Origin: an uncultured delta proteobacterium
GTDB lineage: Bacteria > Myxococcota > UBA727 > VGSZ01
Direction of reading: 5' to 3'
Length of the DNA stretch: 64,000 nucleotides
Assembly: GCA_963775425.1 (NCBI GenBank)
Contig: CAVZJB010000011.1
Span: forward strand, 928,001-992,000
Both the position numbers and the translations under genes were made by a program. The notes below the pieces were generated by a model, which saw only the letters and a list, made by a program, of their open reading frames with translations, was not told the origin of the DNA and searched no databases. Shown here in pieces: positions 1-12,966 of this stretch (the first letter of the stretch is position 1; every line of letters starts with the position of its first letter).

Positions 1-1486
<1,486 letters not shown>

Positions 1487-1556
1487 GCGGCGAGTCTATC
1501 CGATATCCGTCCACGGAGTTGTGTACGAGAGGGAGGTGCTTTTCGCGCAGGAGCGG

Positions 1557-2819
1557 ATGCGCGAGCGTGAAGACGTGAAACGAACGTTGCTCATCATCGT
1601 CGCGCTCTTTGCGCTTTGCTTCGTCGCCTGGCTCCTGCTGTCGCGCGGTGGCGACGCGGGTCCCGCCGCGCCGACGGCGCGACCCGCGGCGGCGGATCGG
1701 CCCGCGCCCGCAACCGCCGCCGTCGTCGACGCGCCGGCGCCCGCTGTTTTGCGGACGGCGACGCGCGCGCCGAGCCCGCGGCTGTTCGACGTGGCGCCGG
1801 CGCCGGGCGACACCGCGCCGCCTTGCGCGCTCGACGGCCGCGTCGTCGCCGAAGGGCGGCCCGTCGCGGGCGTCGCGGTGACGCTGCGCCGTCAGGAGGA
1901 GTGGACGACGGTCGCGCGCGCCTCGGTGACGACCGGCGCCGGCGGCGCGTTCTCGTTCGGCGATGTGCGGCACGCCTGGTACCGCGTCTCGGTGGAACAG
2001 GACGGCTGGCTCCCCGCCACGAAGGCGTGGCGCTGCGACGACGGCGCGCCGCGGACGCTCGAGCTCGAGCTCGAGCGGGGCGACGCCAGGATCCACGGGC
2101 GCGTCACCGACGAAGCGGGCGGGCCGATCGCCGACGTCGACGTCACGGTGCAGGAAGTCGGCAGCGCCAACCACTTCCGCGTCGCGACGTACGTGGGCGT
2201 CGACGACGACGGCCGCTTTCAGCTCACGGTCGCGGGCGGCGCGCCGGAGGGCGGCGGGCCCAAGTACCGCGTCTACGCGACGGCGCCGGGCTACGGCTTC
2301 AAAGACCTCGACTGCAGCCCGGCCGTCGGTGACGACGTCACCCTCGCCTTCATGCTGCCGCGGGAGGGCTGGGTCGAGGGCGTGGTCACGACGAGCGACG
2401 GCGCGCCCGCCGCCGGCGCGGACGTCTTTCAGAAGGGCAAGGGCGCGCTCGTGGGCACGAGGACCGACGCCGAAGGGAAGTTCGCGATGGCCATGCGCCC
2501 CGGCTTCCCCCTCGACGTGGTCGCGCGCCTGCACGGTGAGACCGGGCGCGCCGCGTTGTCGCCGCTGTCGAAGGGCGAGTCGCGACTCGGCGTCACCGTG
2601 GCGCTCGCGCCCGGGCGCACGGTCAGCGGCCACGTCGAGGGGACGAGCGACGTCGGCGGGCTCGCCGTCCTGGTCACCGAGGTGGGCCTGGGGGGCGTGG
2701 TGGTCCCCACGACGACCGACGACGCCGGGCGGTTCAGCGTGGACGGGATGCCGGCCGTGTCGCTGCGGGCGATCCTGCGCGCTCCCGCCGTCGGTGTCGC
2801 CGTCATCGACGACGAGTAG
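1557..2819 (+). CDS. Membrane-anchored carboxypeptidase-regulatory-like (beta-sandwich repeat) protein, possibly C-terminally truncated
   Basis: N-terminal TM helix (LLIIVALFALCFVAWLLL), then repeats of G.V....G.P....V...T...G.F; start may be GTG 1575. Confidence 0.7.
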   Translation: MREREDVKRTLLIIVALFALCFVAWLLLSRGGDAGPAAPTARPAAADRPAPATAAVVDAPAPAVLRTATRAPSPRLFDVAPAPGDTAPPCALDGRVVAEGRPVAGVAVTLRRQEEWTTVARASVTTGAGGAFSFGDVRHAWYRVSVEQDGWLPATKAWRCDDGAPRTLELELERGDARIHGRVTDEAGGPIADVDVTVQEVGSANHFRVATYVGVDDDGRFQLTVAGGAPEGGGPKYRVYATAPGYGFKDLDCSPAVGDDVTLAFMLPREGWVEGVVTTSDGAPAAGADVFQKGKGALVGTRTDAEGKFAMAMRPGFPLDVVARLHGETGRAALSPLSKGESRLGVTVALAPGRTVSGHVEGTSDVGGLAVLVTEVGLGGVVVPTTTDDAGRFSVDGMPAVSLRAILRAPAVGVAVIDDE

Positions 2820-2954
2820 GCCGGCCGGCCCCGAAGCGGCGCCCACCGTCGATACAATCACGGTCGATTGGAAGTTGCCGTCGACGTCGACGGTTTCCGT
2901 CTACGACGTTGAGCCGAACATCGCGTCGACACGCGCGCGGTACTCGTTCGCTCC

Positions 2955-4412
2955 ATGGACTCGAAGCCGGCCGCTCTCCTCGTGCTCATGCTCGCCGCCG
3001 CCTGTGGCGCGCCCGTGTCGCAGGACATGCACCTCGCCGCCAGCGCCGAGGAGGCGCCCGCCGACGGGATCACCGAGGTCACGCTGCGCGCCTCGCTCGC
3101 GGGCGCGCCCGCCGGGGCCGTCGTCACGTTCACCATCGACGGCCCCGGCCTCCTCACCAAGACGAACGCGGCCGTCGAACAAGGCGTCGCCACGGTGGAG
3201 CTCTACGCGCCGTTCGAGTCCGACCTGGGCGGCGCCGCCACGGTGACGTCGACGGTGCACGCCACCGCGAGCTTCGACGGCGCCGCCACCGCCGACGCGA
3301 CCGTCTCGTTCACGGTGCCCACCGACGGCGCGCCCGCGCTCTCCGCCCGCGCCGAGCCCGATCGCGTCACCGCGGGCGGCGACGACGTCATCCGCCTCGT
3401 CGTCGACGGCCGCCGCCTCTCGAGCGCTGCCGTCACGCTCTCGGCCGCGCCCGCCGGCGTCGTCTCGCTGCCGGCGTCGATCACGCTCGACGAGACCGAG
3501 CCGGCGTTCTTCCACGGGACGCTCGATGTCGCGGCTCCCGCGTCCCCCGCGGACGTCACCGTCCACCTGAGCGCCGCCGGCGCCGCCGCCGACGCCGTGC
3601 TCCACTTCGTCGCGCCGGACGCGCCGCAGTTCGATCTCAGCGGCACCTTCGCCGAGGTGCAGTACGGCGTGGTGAAGATCGGCGACCTCATCTTCCTCGA
3701 CCCCGACCCGCAGTGCGTCATCGCGCCCACGCTGTTGCTCTCGCGCATCGTGCAGACGGGCCGCCACCTCGAGATCAGCAGCGAGACGTGCGACGTGCAG
3801 ATGCCGTCGGTCCGCGTGGTGTTCGTGGGCGAGAGCACCACCACCGTGGGGCCGGGCTTCGTGGACGCCACCAACGCGCGCGCCCCCGGCCCGCTCGAGG
3901 TCGAGCTCGGCGACGGCGACCTCGGACCCGGCGCCGCCTTCCAGCCCACGGTGGCGTCGTTCTCGGCGGCGCTCGTCGTGGGCGCCGACCTCGCGAGCCC
4001 CGAGGACGCGCTGCCCACCACCGCCGACGACCCGCGCGTCGCCGACGACGACAACGACGGCAACCCGGGCGTCACCATCCACAACTCCAATGAAGGCGAC
4101 CAGTACTGCGTCTTCCGCACCAGGACGTCGTCGATGAGCGGGTCCATCGTGGACTCCGACGGCATCGACGGGGTCGTCATCGGCGACACCGAGACCAACA
4201 TCCTGAACGGCGGCGGCGGCGGCTTGAGCCCGACCGTCACCGGCGCCCCCTCGCCGTTTTCCTTCCGGCGCGTCGACGGCAGAAACGGCGCGCCCGACAT
4301 CGCCGGCCGCGACGGCGACCCGGGCTCCATCTCCTGTGACGACGTCAAGAGCTACGCGGCCGAGCTGATGGCCGACGCCCCTCCTCCCGACACGAGCACC
4401 GCATGCGACTGA
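2955..4412 (+). CDS. Lipoprotein with Ig/invasin-like N-terminal domains and an uncharacterised C-terminal domain
   Basis: Lipobox LAAAC; APADGITEVTLRA Ig-like motif; LPTTADDPRVADDDNDGNPGVT motif. Confidence 0.75.
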   Translation: MDSKPAALLVLMLAAACGAPVSQDMHLAASAEEAPADGITEVTLRASLAGAPAGAVVTFTIDGPGLLTKTNAAVEQGVATVELYAPFESDLGGAATVTSTVHATASFDGAATADATVSFTVPTDGAPALSARAEPDRVTAGGDDVIRLVVDGRRLSSAAVTLSAAPAGVVSLPASITLDETEPAFFHGTLDVAAPASPADVTVHLSAAGAAADAVLHFVAPDAPQFDLSGTFAEVQYGVVKIGDLIFLDPDPQCVIAPTLLLSRIVQTGRHLEISSETCDVQMPSVRVVFVGESTTTVGPGFVDATNARAPGPLEVELGDGDLGPGAAFQPTVASFSAALVVGADLASPEDALPTTADDPRVADDDNDGNPGVTIHNSNEGDQYCVFRTRTSSMSGSIVDSDGIDGVVIGDTETNILNGGGGGLSPTVTGAPSPFSFRRVDGRNGAPDIAGRDGDPGSISCDDVKSYAAELMADAPPPDTSTACD

Positions 4413-5585
4413 TCTGTTTCCCTCGCCCCGAACGCGCGCGGCCGCGCAACGCCCGTGGGCACGTGTTGCTCGTCGCGCTCTTCAGCAGCGTCGCCGGCTG
4501 CGTGACCTTGCTCGACGACGCCGGCGCCCTCGACCTGCCCGTCGCGGACTTGTCGTGCCCTGCGGAGGTGCAGGCGGGGACGTCGTTCACCGTCGACGGC
4601 TCGGCCAGCCGCGCGCCCGCGGGCGGCTTCGCCTCCACGACGCTGACGCTCGTCCCCGGCGACCAGAGCGAGGATGCGCTCACGGCCACCTTCAGCGCCG
4701 ACGGCGCCGGCGTGGCCACCGCGCGGCTCGTGGTCGTCGACGCCGCCGGCAACACCGCGGAGGCCCGCTGCCGCATCGTCGTCGACGCGGCCGCCGGCGG
4801 CGAGGGCGAAGGCGAAGGTGACGACGCCGGCGAGGGCGAGGGCGAGGACGGCGTCGACCTCACCGGCACCTTCGCGCTGGTGGCGTACGACCACCCGCGG
4901 CTCGAGGGCGGCAGCCTCGACCCCGACGTGCAGTGCGGCGCCTCGCCCGCGCTGTCCTTCGTCACCGTCGAGCAGAGCGGGTCGCACGTGTCGCTCAGCG
5001 CGCGCACGTGCTCGGTGTCCCTGCCCGACGTGCAGATCCTCGGGCTCGGCGTGCAACACACCGACATCCCCGCGGCGCTCGTCGACGCGCTGCCGCCGGT
5101 GACGGCGTCGTTCGACCTCGACGGCACCACGCCCGGCGCGACCTTCGCGCCGCCGCTCGATCAGAATCGGCGCGGCGCAGATCGCGGGCGCGCACCTCGA
5201 CGACCCCGACGGGCCGCTCCCCACCGACGCCAACGACCCGCAGGTGCAGGACGACGACGGCGACGGCTGGCCCGGCGCCACCATCTTCGCCTCGGGCAAC
5301 GCCGAGGACGTCGTGTACCGGCGCTTCATCCGCGCGTTCCGCGGCACCATCGTCGACGCCGACGAGATCGACGGCTCCGACGACGGCAGCTACCAGGCCG
5401 AGAGCCAGGCGGCGCTCCTGTCGAACGTGCTCGGCTTCATGGTCCCCTCGGGCGAGGGCCTGCCGTCGACGTTCCGCATGGTCCGCTTCGACGGCGCCGG
5501 CTGCGACGACGTCCGCGCCGCCGCCGACGCCCTCCTCGCCGCGTTCCCCGCGCCGGCCGCCCCCGACGGGTGCGCCTCGTTCTGA
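4403..5585 (+). pseudogene. Frameshifted lipoprotein paralogous to 2955-4412 (PKD-like domain, short GE linker)
   Basis: Homology to the upstream gene (DLTGTFA..LDPDVQC) switches frame near 5165-5175 and continues as AQIAGAHLDDPDGPLPTDANDPQVQDDDGDGWPGATI...GCASF*; could be a sequencing indel. Confidence 0.75.
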
Positions 5586-5646
5586 GGGCCTCGCGCCCGC
5601 GGACGGCGACCGCTCCCCGAGCACGCGCGCGGCGGGGCGGGGACGC

Positions 5647-6792
<1,146 letters not shown>

Positions 6793-6884
6793 CGCCCCGC
6801 GGATCGTAGCGCCTCGCCGGGGCGGGGCGCGAGCACGCCGCCGCCGGTGTCCGGCCCAAGCGGAAGCCCCACGGCGCCGGCGTC

Positions 6885-6959
6885 GACGGGATCGGCGACG
6901 ACGGCATCGGCGACGACGGCATCGGCGACGACGGCATCGGCGCCAACGGGATCGGCGAC
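6885..6959. repeat. Intergenic 15-bp tandem repeat, 5 copies
   Basis: gacgg(c/g)atcggcgac units between two divergent genes. Confidence 0.9.
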
Positions 6960-7076
6960 GGGCCCCAGGCGCGCGTCGCCCGCCGCGTCAATGCGGGGCG
7001 CGTTTCCCGCGGTGGTTGCAGTGTGCGTTCTGCGTGCCATCACGCCGGCTGCCCCCCACCCGGAGGTCATGACGTC

Positions 7077-8981
7077 ATGCGCGCCCGGCTCCCCTCTCTC
7101 TGCTGTCTGCTCTGTGCCGCCGCCGCCCTCGCCGCGTCGTCGGCGTCCGCCCAGGTCGACATCCCGTCGCGGTTTTCGGCCACCGCGCCCGGCGGCATCA
7201 CCGCCATCGGCAACACGCTCGGCTTGAGCAAGGACACCGACGTCAACGGCCCCGGCGTGCGCGACTCCATCGGCACCTTCACCACGCTCGAGGACCTCGT
7301 CGACGACACGCCGGCCAACGCCGCCAACCCCTATCCGCAGGGCACCACGTTCGACTGGCACAGCGACGGGTCCTCGGCGTTCCTCTCGCTGCGCGAGGGC
7401 ACCGAGCTCGGCCTCACCGACGTCCTGTACGCCGAGCTCATCTGGGCGGGCAGCTACAAGTACGGCGACGAGGACGTCACCGCCGACCTCGATACGGCGG
7501 TCACGCTCAGCGCCGGCGGCAACGACCTCCAGGTCACGCCGGACCCCGCCACCGCGCTCACCATCGCCACCGTCTCGAGCACCACCGCGGCGTTCCCCGT
7601 CAACTACTACATGCGCTCCGCCGACGTGACGGACTTCGTGCGCGCGCAGCGCAGCGGCGAGTACCAGGTGCGCGGCGTGCCGGCCACGCAGACGGAGCTC
7701 ATCAACTCGTTGAACGCCGCCGGCTGGACGCTCGTGGTCGCCTTCCGCGACGACGCCGAGCCGCTGCGGAACCTCACCATCTTCGTCGGCGGCTCGTTCG
7801 TCGACGAGAACACGCAGGTGAGCTACAGCGTCGACGGCTTCTGCGCGCCCCCCACGGGCGCCGTCGCGGGCAAAGCCGCCATCAGCGCGCTCGAGGGCGA
7901 CGCCAACCTCACGGGCGATCAGCTCCTCATCGCGCCCGACGCGCAGGGCGCCTTCGTGCCGCTCGAGGGTCCGAACAACCCCGCGGACAACTTCTTCTGC
8001 TCGCAGATCAACGGCGCCGACGGCCAGCTCGACGACACCGGCACCTTCGGCGACCGCAACCAGGACGCCTTCGCGGGCACCAACATCCCCGGCGGGCGCC
8101 AGGGTTGGGACGTCACCACGGTGGCCTTGAGCTCCACCGACGGGCAGTTGGTCGCCGATCAGCGCGGCGCGGTGCTCCAGACCGTCACCACGGGCGACTC
8201 CTTCGTGCCCACGCTGGCCGCCTTCCAGATCGACGTCAACGCGCCCAACCTCACGACGTCGTCCATCCTGCCCGACGCCACCAACGTCACCACCGGTGAC
8301 ACGCTCTCGGTCACCTCCGTGGCGCGCAACACCGGCCTCGCCGACGCCTCGTCGGTCGTGTTCAAGCTCGCCGTCCCCGACGGCCTCGCGCTCACCCGCT
8401 TCACCTCGGACGGCACCGACGGCGACGCCAACGGCCAGGCCGTCGACGCCGCCGCCCTCGCCGCCGGCGTCGACGAAGGCAGCCTCGCGCCCGGTGAGTC
8501 GCGCACCGTGGTCATCGAGATGAGCGTCGAGGGCCCCCCGGCCTCGGGCTTGTTCTTCGTGCAGCCGTTGTGGAGCTACCAGTACCTCACCTGCGGTGAC
8601 GGCTCGCCGCCGCGCACCGAGACCTTCAGCGACGGCGCCGCGGTCACGTTCGTGCAGCCCCCGGCGCCCGACGCCGGCGTCACCGACCCCGACGCCGGTA
8701 ACGGCGGCGGCGACGTCGACGCGGGCAACGGCGGCGGTGACGACGTGGACGCGGGCAACGGCGGCGGTGACGACGTGGACGCGGGCAACGGCGGCGGCGG
8801 CGGCGTGGACGCGGGCAACGGCGGCGGCGGCGGCGACGGCGCCGGCCTCGGCGGCGACAACAGCGGCGTCGACGAGGGCTGCGGCTGCACCAACGCGTCC
8901 GGCACCACCGTCGTGGGCGCCGCCGCCTGGCTCGCGGCGCTCGCGCTCCTCGGGCGCCGCAAGCGCAGGTCGCCCGCGTAA
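7077..8981 (+). CDS. Secreted surface protein (DUF3344/DUF11-like) with MYXO-CTERM-type anchor
   Basis: Signal peptide; GNTLGLSK, VLYAELIWAG, AAGWTLVV motifs; DAGNGGG stalk; C-terminal GCGC + hydrophobic helix + RRKRR. Confidence 0.8.
   Translation: MRARLPSLCCLLCAAAALAASSASAQVDIPSRFSATAPGGITAIGNTLGLSKDTDVNGPGVRDSIGTFTTLEDLVDDTPANAANPYPQGTTFDWHSDGSSAFLSLREGTELGLTDVLYAELIWAGSYKYGDEDVTADLDTAVTLSAGGNDLQVTPDPATALTIATVSSTTAAFPVNYYMRSADVTDFVRAQRSGEYQVRGVPATQTELINSLNAAGWTLVVAFRDDAEPLRNLTIFVGGSFVDENTQVSYSVDGFCAPPTGAVAGKAAISALEGDANLTGDQLLIAPDAQGAFVPLEGPNNPADNFFCSQINGADGQLDDTGTFGDRNQDAFAGTNIPGGRQGWDVTTVALSSTDGQLVADQRGAVLQTVTTGDSFVPTLAAFQIDVNAPNLTTSSILPDATNVTTGDTLSVTSVARNTGLADASSVVFKLAVPDGLALTRFTSDGTDGDANGQAVDAAALAAGVDEGSLAPGESRTVVIEMSVEGPPASGLFFVQPLWSYQYLTCGDGSPPRTETFSDGAAVTFVQPPAPDAGVTDPDAGNGGGDVDAGNGGGDDVDAGNGGGDDVDAGNGGGGGVDAGNGGGGGDGAGLGGDNSGVDEGCGCTNASGTTVVGAAAWLAALALLGRRKRRSPA
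8690..8835. repeat. Coding repeat (D)VDAGNGGG x5 forming a stalk
   Basis: gacgcgggcaacggcggcgg units. Confidence 0.85.
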
Positions 8982-8999
8982 CCCGCGCGGGGGCCGCGC

Positions 9000-9698
9000 T
9001 CAGCGCGGCGGGTTGTCGTCGAAGCCGAAGGCCTCGTCGGAGGTGCGCGTCTCCTGCGGCGCGCCCCAGCGGACCGACGTGTCGTGCAAGGCGAGCAAGG
9101 TGTTCGGGCCGACGACGCCGTCCACGTTGATCCCGCGGCTGCGCTGGAACGCTTCGACGGCCTCGACGGTCTCCTGATCCATCACGCCCTCCTCGGCGTA
9201 GGCCGGCAGGAAGCCCTGGGCCTTGAGCAGGAGCTGCGCGTCGCGCACCTCGCGGCCGCGCGCGCCGGGGGACACGGTGATCCCGCGCAGGACGAGCGTG
9301 TCGAGCACCGGGGTCGCCGTGGAGCCACCCCTCGTCCTGAGGTCCCCGGCGATGTCGTGCGTCGACGTCATCGATGCGCCGGTGCCGGTCGCGCCCCAGT
9401 GCACGCCCTCGACGCCGCCGTCGAGGGCGCTGTCGAGGGCGCCGTCCGCGGGAAGGTCGTTGAAGCCGAGATCGACGCCGCCGTCGCCCTCGCCGAACGC
9501 GCTGATCGCGCCGGTCGCGCTGCCGGCGTCGCCCGCGCCCCCCGCGCCCCCCGCGCCCCCCGGAGCCGGCGGCGGCGGCGGTGGCGGAGGGAGCGGCTCG
9601 CCGATGTCGCTCTGTCGGGCCGCGCTGTCGTCGCGCAGGCAGCCGCTGCCGGCGACGGTGACGGTGACGAGAGCAAGGCCGAGCGTGGTGGCTTTCAT
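9000..9698 (-). CDS. Lipoprotein with peptidoglycan-binding domain (PG_binding_1)
   Basis: Lipobox AGSGC; GARGREVRDAQLLL...TVEAVEAFQRSRGINVDGVVGPNT. Confidence 0.85.
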   Translation of the reverse strand: MKATTLGLALVTVTVAGSGCLRDDSAARQSDIGEPLPPPPPPPPAPGGAGGAGGAGDAGSATGAISAFGEGDGGVDLGFNDLPADGALDSALDGGVEGVHWGATGTGASMTSTHDIAGDLRTRGGSTATPVLDTLVLRGITVSPGARGREVRDAQLLLKAQGFLPAYAEEGVMDQETVEAVEAFQRSRGINVDGVVGPNTLLALHDTSVRWGAPQETRTSDEAFGFDDNPPR

Positions 9699-9779
9699 CG
9701 CGATCCTCGCCTCAACGTAGGGACGCTCGCCGCCCGCCGCCGCGGACGACCTGACGCGCCGCGCGTGCTAAGGGAGCGC

Positions 9780-11696
9780 GTGGGCTTCGTCCTCCTCGTC
9801 GTCACGTGGGCCGCGGCCGCGTGGTGCGCGCGCGCGCTGTCGCGCCGCGCGGGCGTCCGTGCCGCCGCCGTCGACGTCGCGCTCGCGGCGGGCATGCTCG
9901 CGGTGATCCCCGGCGAGCTCGCCCGCTTCACCGGGAGCCTGCGCATCGGCATGGCCGTCGCCGCGGTCGCGTTCGCCGCCGTCGCGCTCGCGCTGCGCCC
10001 CGCGCTCCTGGCGAGCGTGCGCGCGCCCCGCTCCACGGTGTGGCCGGCGTGGCCGGCCGTCGTCGCAGGCGTCGTCGGGCTCGCCTGCGTCATCGACGGA
10101 GCGCTCACGCGCAACTTCTTCGACGAAGAGCACCACGTGCCCATGGCCACCGTCATCGCGCGCGGCGTGGTCCCGCCCGTGCACCCGCTCGTGCCCGGGC
10201 AGATCATCCCGTACCACTGGGGGATCGACGCGCTCTACGCGCAGCTCGTCGTCGCCGGCCTGCGACCCGACACCGCCATCAACGTCGTCACCATCGCTTC
10301 GTGGCTGCTCCTGCTCGGCGCGGCGGCGCTCCTCGGCGGGCTCGTGGCGGGGCGCGTGGGCGCCACGATCTTCGCCGTCGTCGCGCCGCTCGCGGGCAGC
10401 CCGCTGGCGCAGCCGCTCCACGACGGCATGGGCATCCTGCAGTTGAAGAACCCCTATCCCGCGCGCTGGATGGAGTGGACCCGCCGCCCGCCGCCGCTCA
10501 CGGCCGACTTCTTTCAGCACCCGCAGGGCCTCGCGTTCCCCCTCGTCCTCGTGGTGCTCGCCCTGTGGTGCGCGCGCTTTCCCGCACGGCTCGGCCCGCC
10601 CGACGGCGCCGCCGGCGGTGGCGCGGCCGACCCCGTCGACGGCGGCGCCGACGACCCCGGCGACCGCGCCGAGGGAAAGCGCCGGGCGCTCGCGGCGCTC
10701 CTGCTGTCGTTCCTCTCGCTGGTGCAGGCCATCCACTTCCTGGTCCTCGGCTTCGGCCTCGGCGCGTCGACGGTGTGGCTCCTCGCTCGTCGCCGTGAGC
10801 GCCCCGCAGGCGTGGCGCGCGACCTCGGCCTCCTCGCGGGCGCCCTCGCCCTCGCCGTCGCGTACGGCGGCTTCTTCGCCGTCCCGCTGCACGCGCACGC
10901 GGGGCCCCCGATGCTCCGCTGGGGCGTCGACTTCTTCGCCGACGGCTCGCCCATCGAGAAGGTGCTGCACCACCTCGTGGTCTTCGGCTTGCCGCTGTTG
11001 CTGCTCCCGGTCGCCGCGTGGCGGTCCACCGCGGGGGACGGCGGCGGGCGCCTGCGCGTCACCCTCGTCGCTGGCGCGCTCATCGGCTTGTCGCTGCCGA
11101 ACGTCGTCGTGTACGCCGGCTCGTGGGACATCGTGAAGCTCTGCAGCGCCGGCGGCTGGCTCGCCGGCATCGCCTTGTGCGACACGCTCGCGTGGGCGTG
11201 GACGCGGGCCACGTCCAGGGCGCGGGTGTGGCGCGCCGCCGTCGTCGTCGCCGCGGGCCTGACCGTCTGGTTCCCGCTCGCGTGGATGGCGACGCGCACC
11301 GTGATGCAGAGCCACTTCGGCGTCCCGCAAAAGCGCGATTGGCGCCTCCGCGACGACGTCCTCGCCGCCGGCCGCGCGGCCGGCCCGCACATCCCGAGCC
11401 GCGCCCGCGTCCTCGTCGGCGATCCCGAGCTCGCGCGCATGAACGGCCTGCTCGCGCCCGGCTTCGATCCGCGCCACTACGCCAACGGCCACATGCTCGA
11501 CTTCGACAAGGCGCGCCGCCTCGCGAGCGCGCGCCAGGTGGCCATGCGCACGCTCGACCCCGAGTCGCTCCGCGTCCTCGACGTCGACTACGCGCTCTTG
11601 AACAACCGCGAGGTCGCCCAGCTCGGACCCAAGCTCGCGCCGTTCAAGCCCGTGCGCATCGACGTCCCCGGCTACGCGCTCTACCGCTTGCGCTGA
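9780..11696 (+). CDS. Polytopic membrane protein, GT-C-fold (glycosyltransferase-like)
   Basis: Many TM helices; loop FFDEEHH...PP.HP..PG..IPYHWG; start chosen at GTG after AGGGAG (alternative 9765). Confidence 0.65.
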   Translation: MGFVLLVVTWAAAAWCARALSRRAGVRAAAVDVALAAGMLAVIPGELARFTGSLRIGMAVAAVAFAAVALALRPALLASVRAPRSTVWPAWPAVVAGVVGLACVIDGALTRNFFDEEHHVPMATVIARGVVPPVHPLVPGQIIPYHWGIDALYAQLVVAGLRPDTAINVVTIASWLLLLGAAALLGGLVAGRVGATIFAVVAPLAGSPLAQPLHDGMGILQLKNPYPARWMEWTRRPPPLTADFFQHPQGLAFPLVLVVLALWCARFPARLGPPDGAAGGGAADPVDGGADDPGDRAEGKRRALAALLLSFLSLVQAIHFLVLGFGLGASTVWLLARRRERPAGVARDLGLLAGALALAVAYGGFFAVPLHAHAGPPMLRWGVDFFADGSPIEKVLHHLVVFGLPLLLLPVAAWRSTAGDGGGRLRVTLVAGALIGLSLPNVVVYAGSWDIVKLCSAGGWLAGIALCDTLAWAWTRATSRARVWRAAVVVAAGLTVWFPLAWMATRTVMQSHFGVPQKRDWRLRDDVLAAGRAAGPHIPSRARVLVGDPELARMNGLLAPGFDPRHYANGHMLDFDKARRLASARQVAMRTLDPESLRVLDVDYALLNNREVAQLGPKLAPFKPVRIDVPGYALYRLR

Positions 11697-11697
11697 G

Positions 11698-12828
11698 CTA
11701 CGCGGTCCCGTTCGGCTGCTTGCTCGCGGCGAGCGCGGCGCCGGCGCGCTTCAACAGGTCGTCGATGACCTGATCGGTCTCGCTGAGCGTGGCGGCGCCG
11801 ACCATGACGGTGACCTCGAGGAGCTTCCCGTGGGCGAGCACGGAGGCCTTTTGCAGGCTCTTGCGCAGGCGGTCGCAGATGGCCTCGGCGCCGGCGGCGT
11901 CGGCCTCGGGGAGCACGGCGGCGAACTCGTCGCCGGCCTCGAGCCGCGCGAGCAGATCGGTCTCGCGGAGTGTGGCCTGGCACATGGACGCCACCGCGCG
12001 CAGCGTCTCGTCGCCGGCGTCGCGCCCGTAGGTGTCGTTGATGGCGTCGAGCTTCTCGACGTCGATCTTGAGCGCCGACAGCGAGCTCTTGCGCCGGCGC
12101 GCGAGCGCGATCTCGCGGCGGGCGAGCTGCTGGAGCTGGCGCTCGTTGTGGACGCCGGTGAGCTCGTCGTTGTGCCCGAAGCGCGCCAGGTCCTCGCGCA
12201 GCGCGAGCAGCTCCTGGCGCACGGCCTGGTTGCGCCGCACGCGCAGGCCCGTCGCGTGCGCCATGATCACGGCGCCGATGAGGCCCGGGATCAGGAAGAA
12301 GGCGATGGCGTACACGGCGTCCTCGGAGGCGCCGCCGCGCCACAGCGCGATCCCCGCGCCCACGACGACGCCGGCGGCGCAGGTGGCGGCCGCGCGCGCG
12401 TCGAGCGCGACCACGCCGATGGCCATGGCGATCAGCACGAAGGAGCCGACGCCGTACGCGAAGCCGTAGGGAAGGATGCTCACCACCGCGCCGATGGACG
12501 CGGCGCCGACGCCGGCGATGCCCGCCCCGAGCCACGCCGCCCGGTGCGGCACCGCGTAGCTGAGCGCGCCGAGCGCGCCGATGAGCAGCGCGCCGCCGGC
12601 CCGCCACATCCACAAGCGCCCGATCTGCTCGGGCGCGACGACGAGGTCCCAGCCGAACGACGCCGCGAGAAACAACACCCCCACGAGCGCTCCCACGCGC
12701 AGGGCGCGGCCGGCCGCCACCTGCGGGCCCGCGGAGTCGGAGCCGTACAGCGGGTCGGCGCCGTCGTCATCGCGGGCGCGCGGGGCCGCGGGGGCGGCGG
12801 GCGCGGGAGGTTCTTCTATGTCCGGCAT
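11698..12828 (-). CDS. Membrane GGDEF-domain protein with degenerate active site
   Basis: Several TM helices; DELTGVHN, INDTYGRDAGD, RETDLLARLEAGDEF. Confidence 0.85.
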   Translation of the reverse strand: MPDIEEPPAPAAPAAPRARDDDGADPLYGSDSAGPQVAAGRALRVGALVGVLFLAASFGWDLVVAPEQIGRLWMWRAGGALLIGALGALSYAVPHRAAWLGAGIAGVGAASIGAVVSILPYGFAYGVGSFVLIAMAIGVVALDARAAATCAAGVVVGAGIALWRGGASEDAVYAIAFFLIPGLIGAVIMAHATGLRVRRNQAVRQELLALREDLARFGHNDELTGVHNERQLQQLARREIALARRRKSSLSALKIDVEKLDAINDTYGRDAGDETLRAVASMCQATLRETDLLARLEAGDEFAAVLPEADAAGAEAICDRLRKSLQKASVLAHGKLLEVTVMVGAATLSETDQVIDDLLKRAGAALAASKQPNGTA

Positions 12829-12966
12829 GGAGCCCTCCGTCGACGTGAACGGACGACGAGTCTGCCACATCCGCGCCTCCCGGCGGCAGACGCCCGTACG
12901 CCTCCCGGCGCGGGCGGGTTGACAGCGGTCCGGCCCGGGATACGGTCGCCGCCAACGGAGAGAATC

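Noticed and set aside
6885-6959. Possible CRISPR array (also 47676-47771)
   Set aside because: Units are contiguous 13-15-mers with no unique spacers, and there are no cas genes
11830-12966. N-terminal extensions of gap (and similarly of tpiA, the kinase and rSAM ORFs) in the ORF track
   Set aside because: They overlap genuine neighbouring genes; family-typical starts lie downstream
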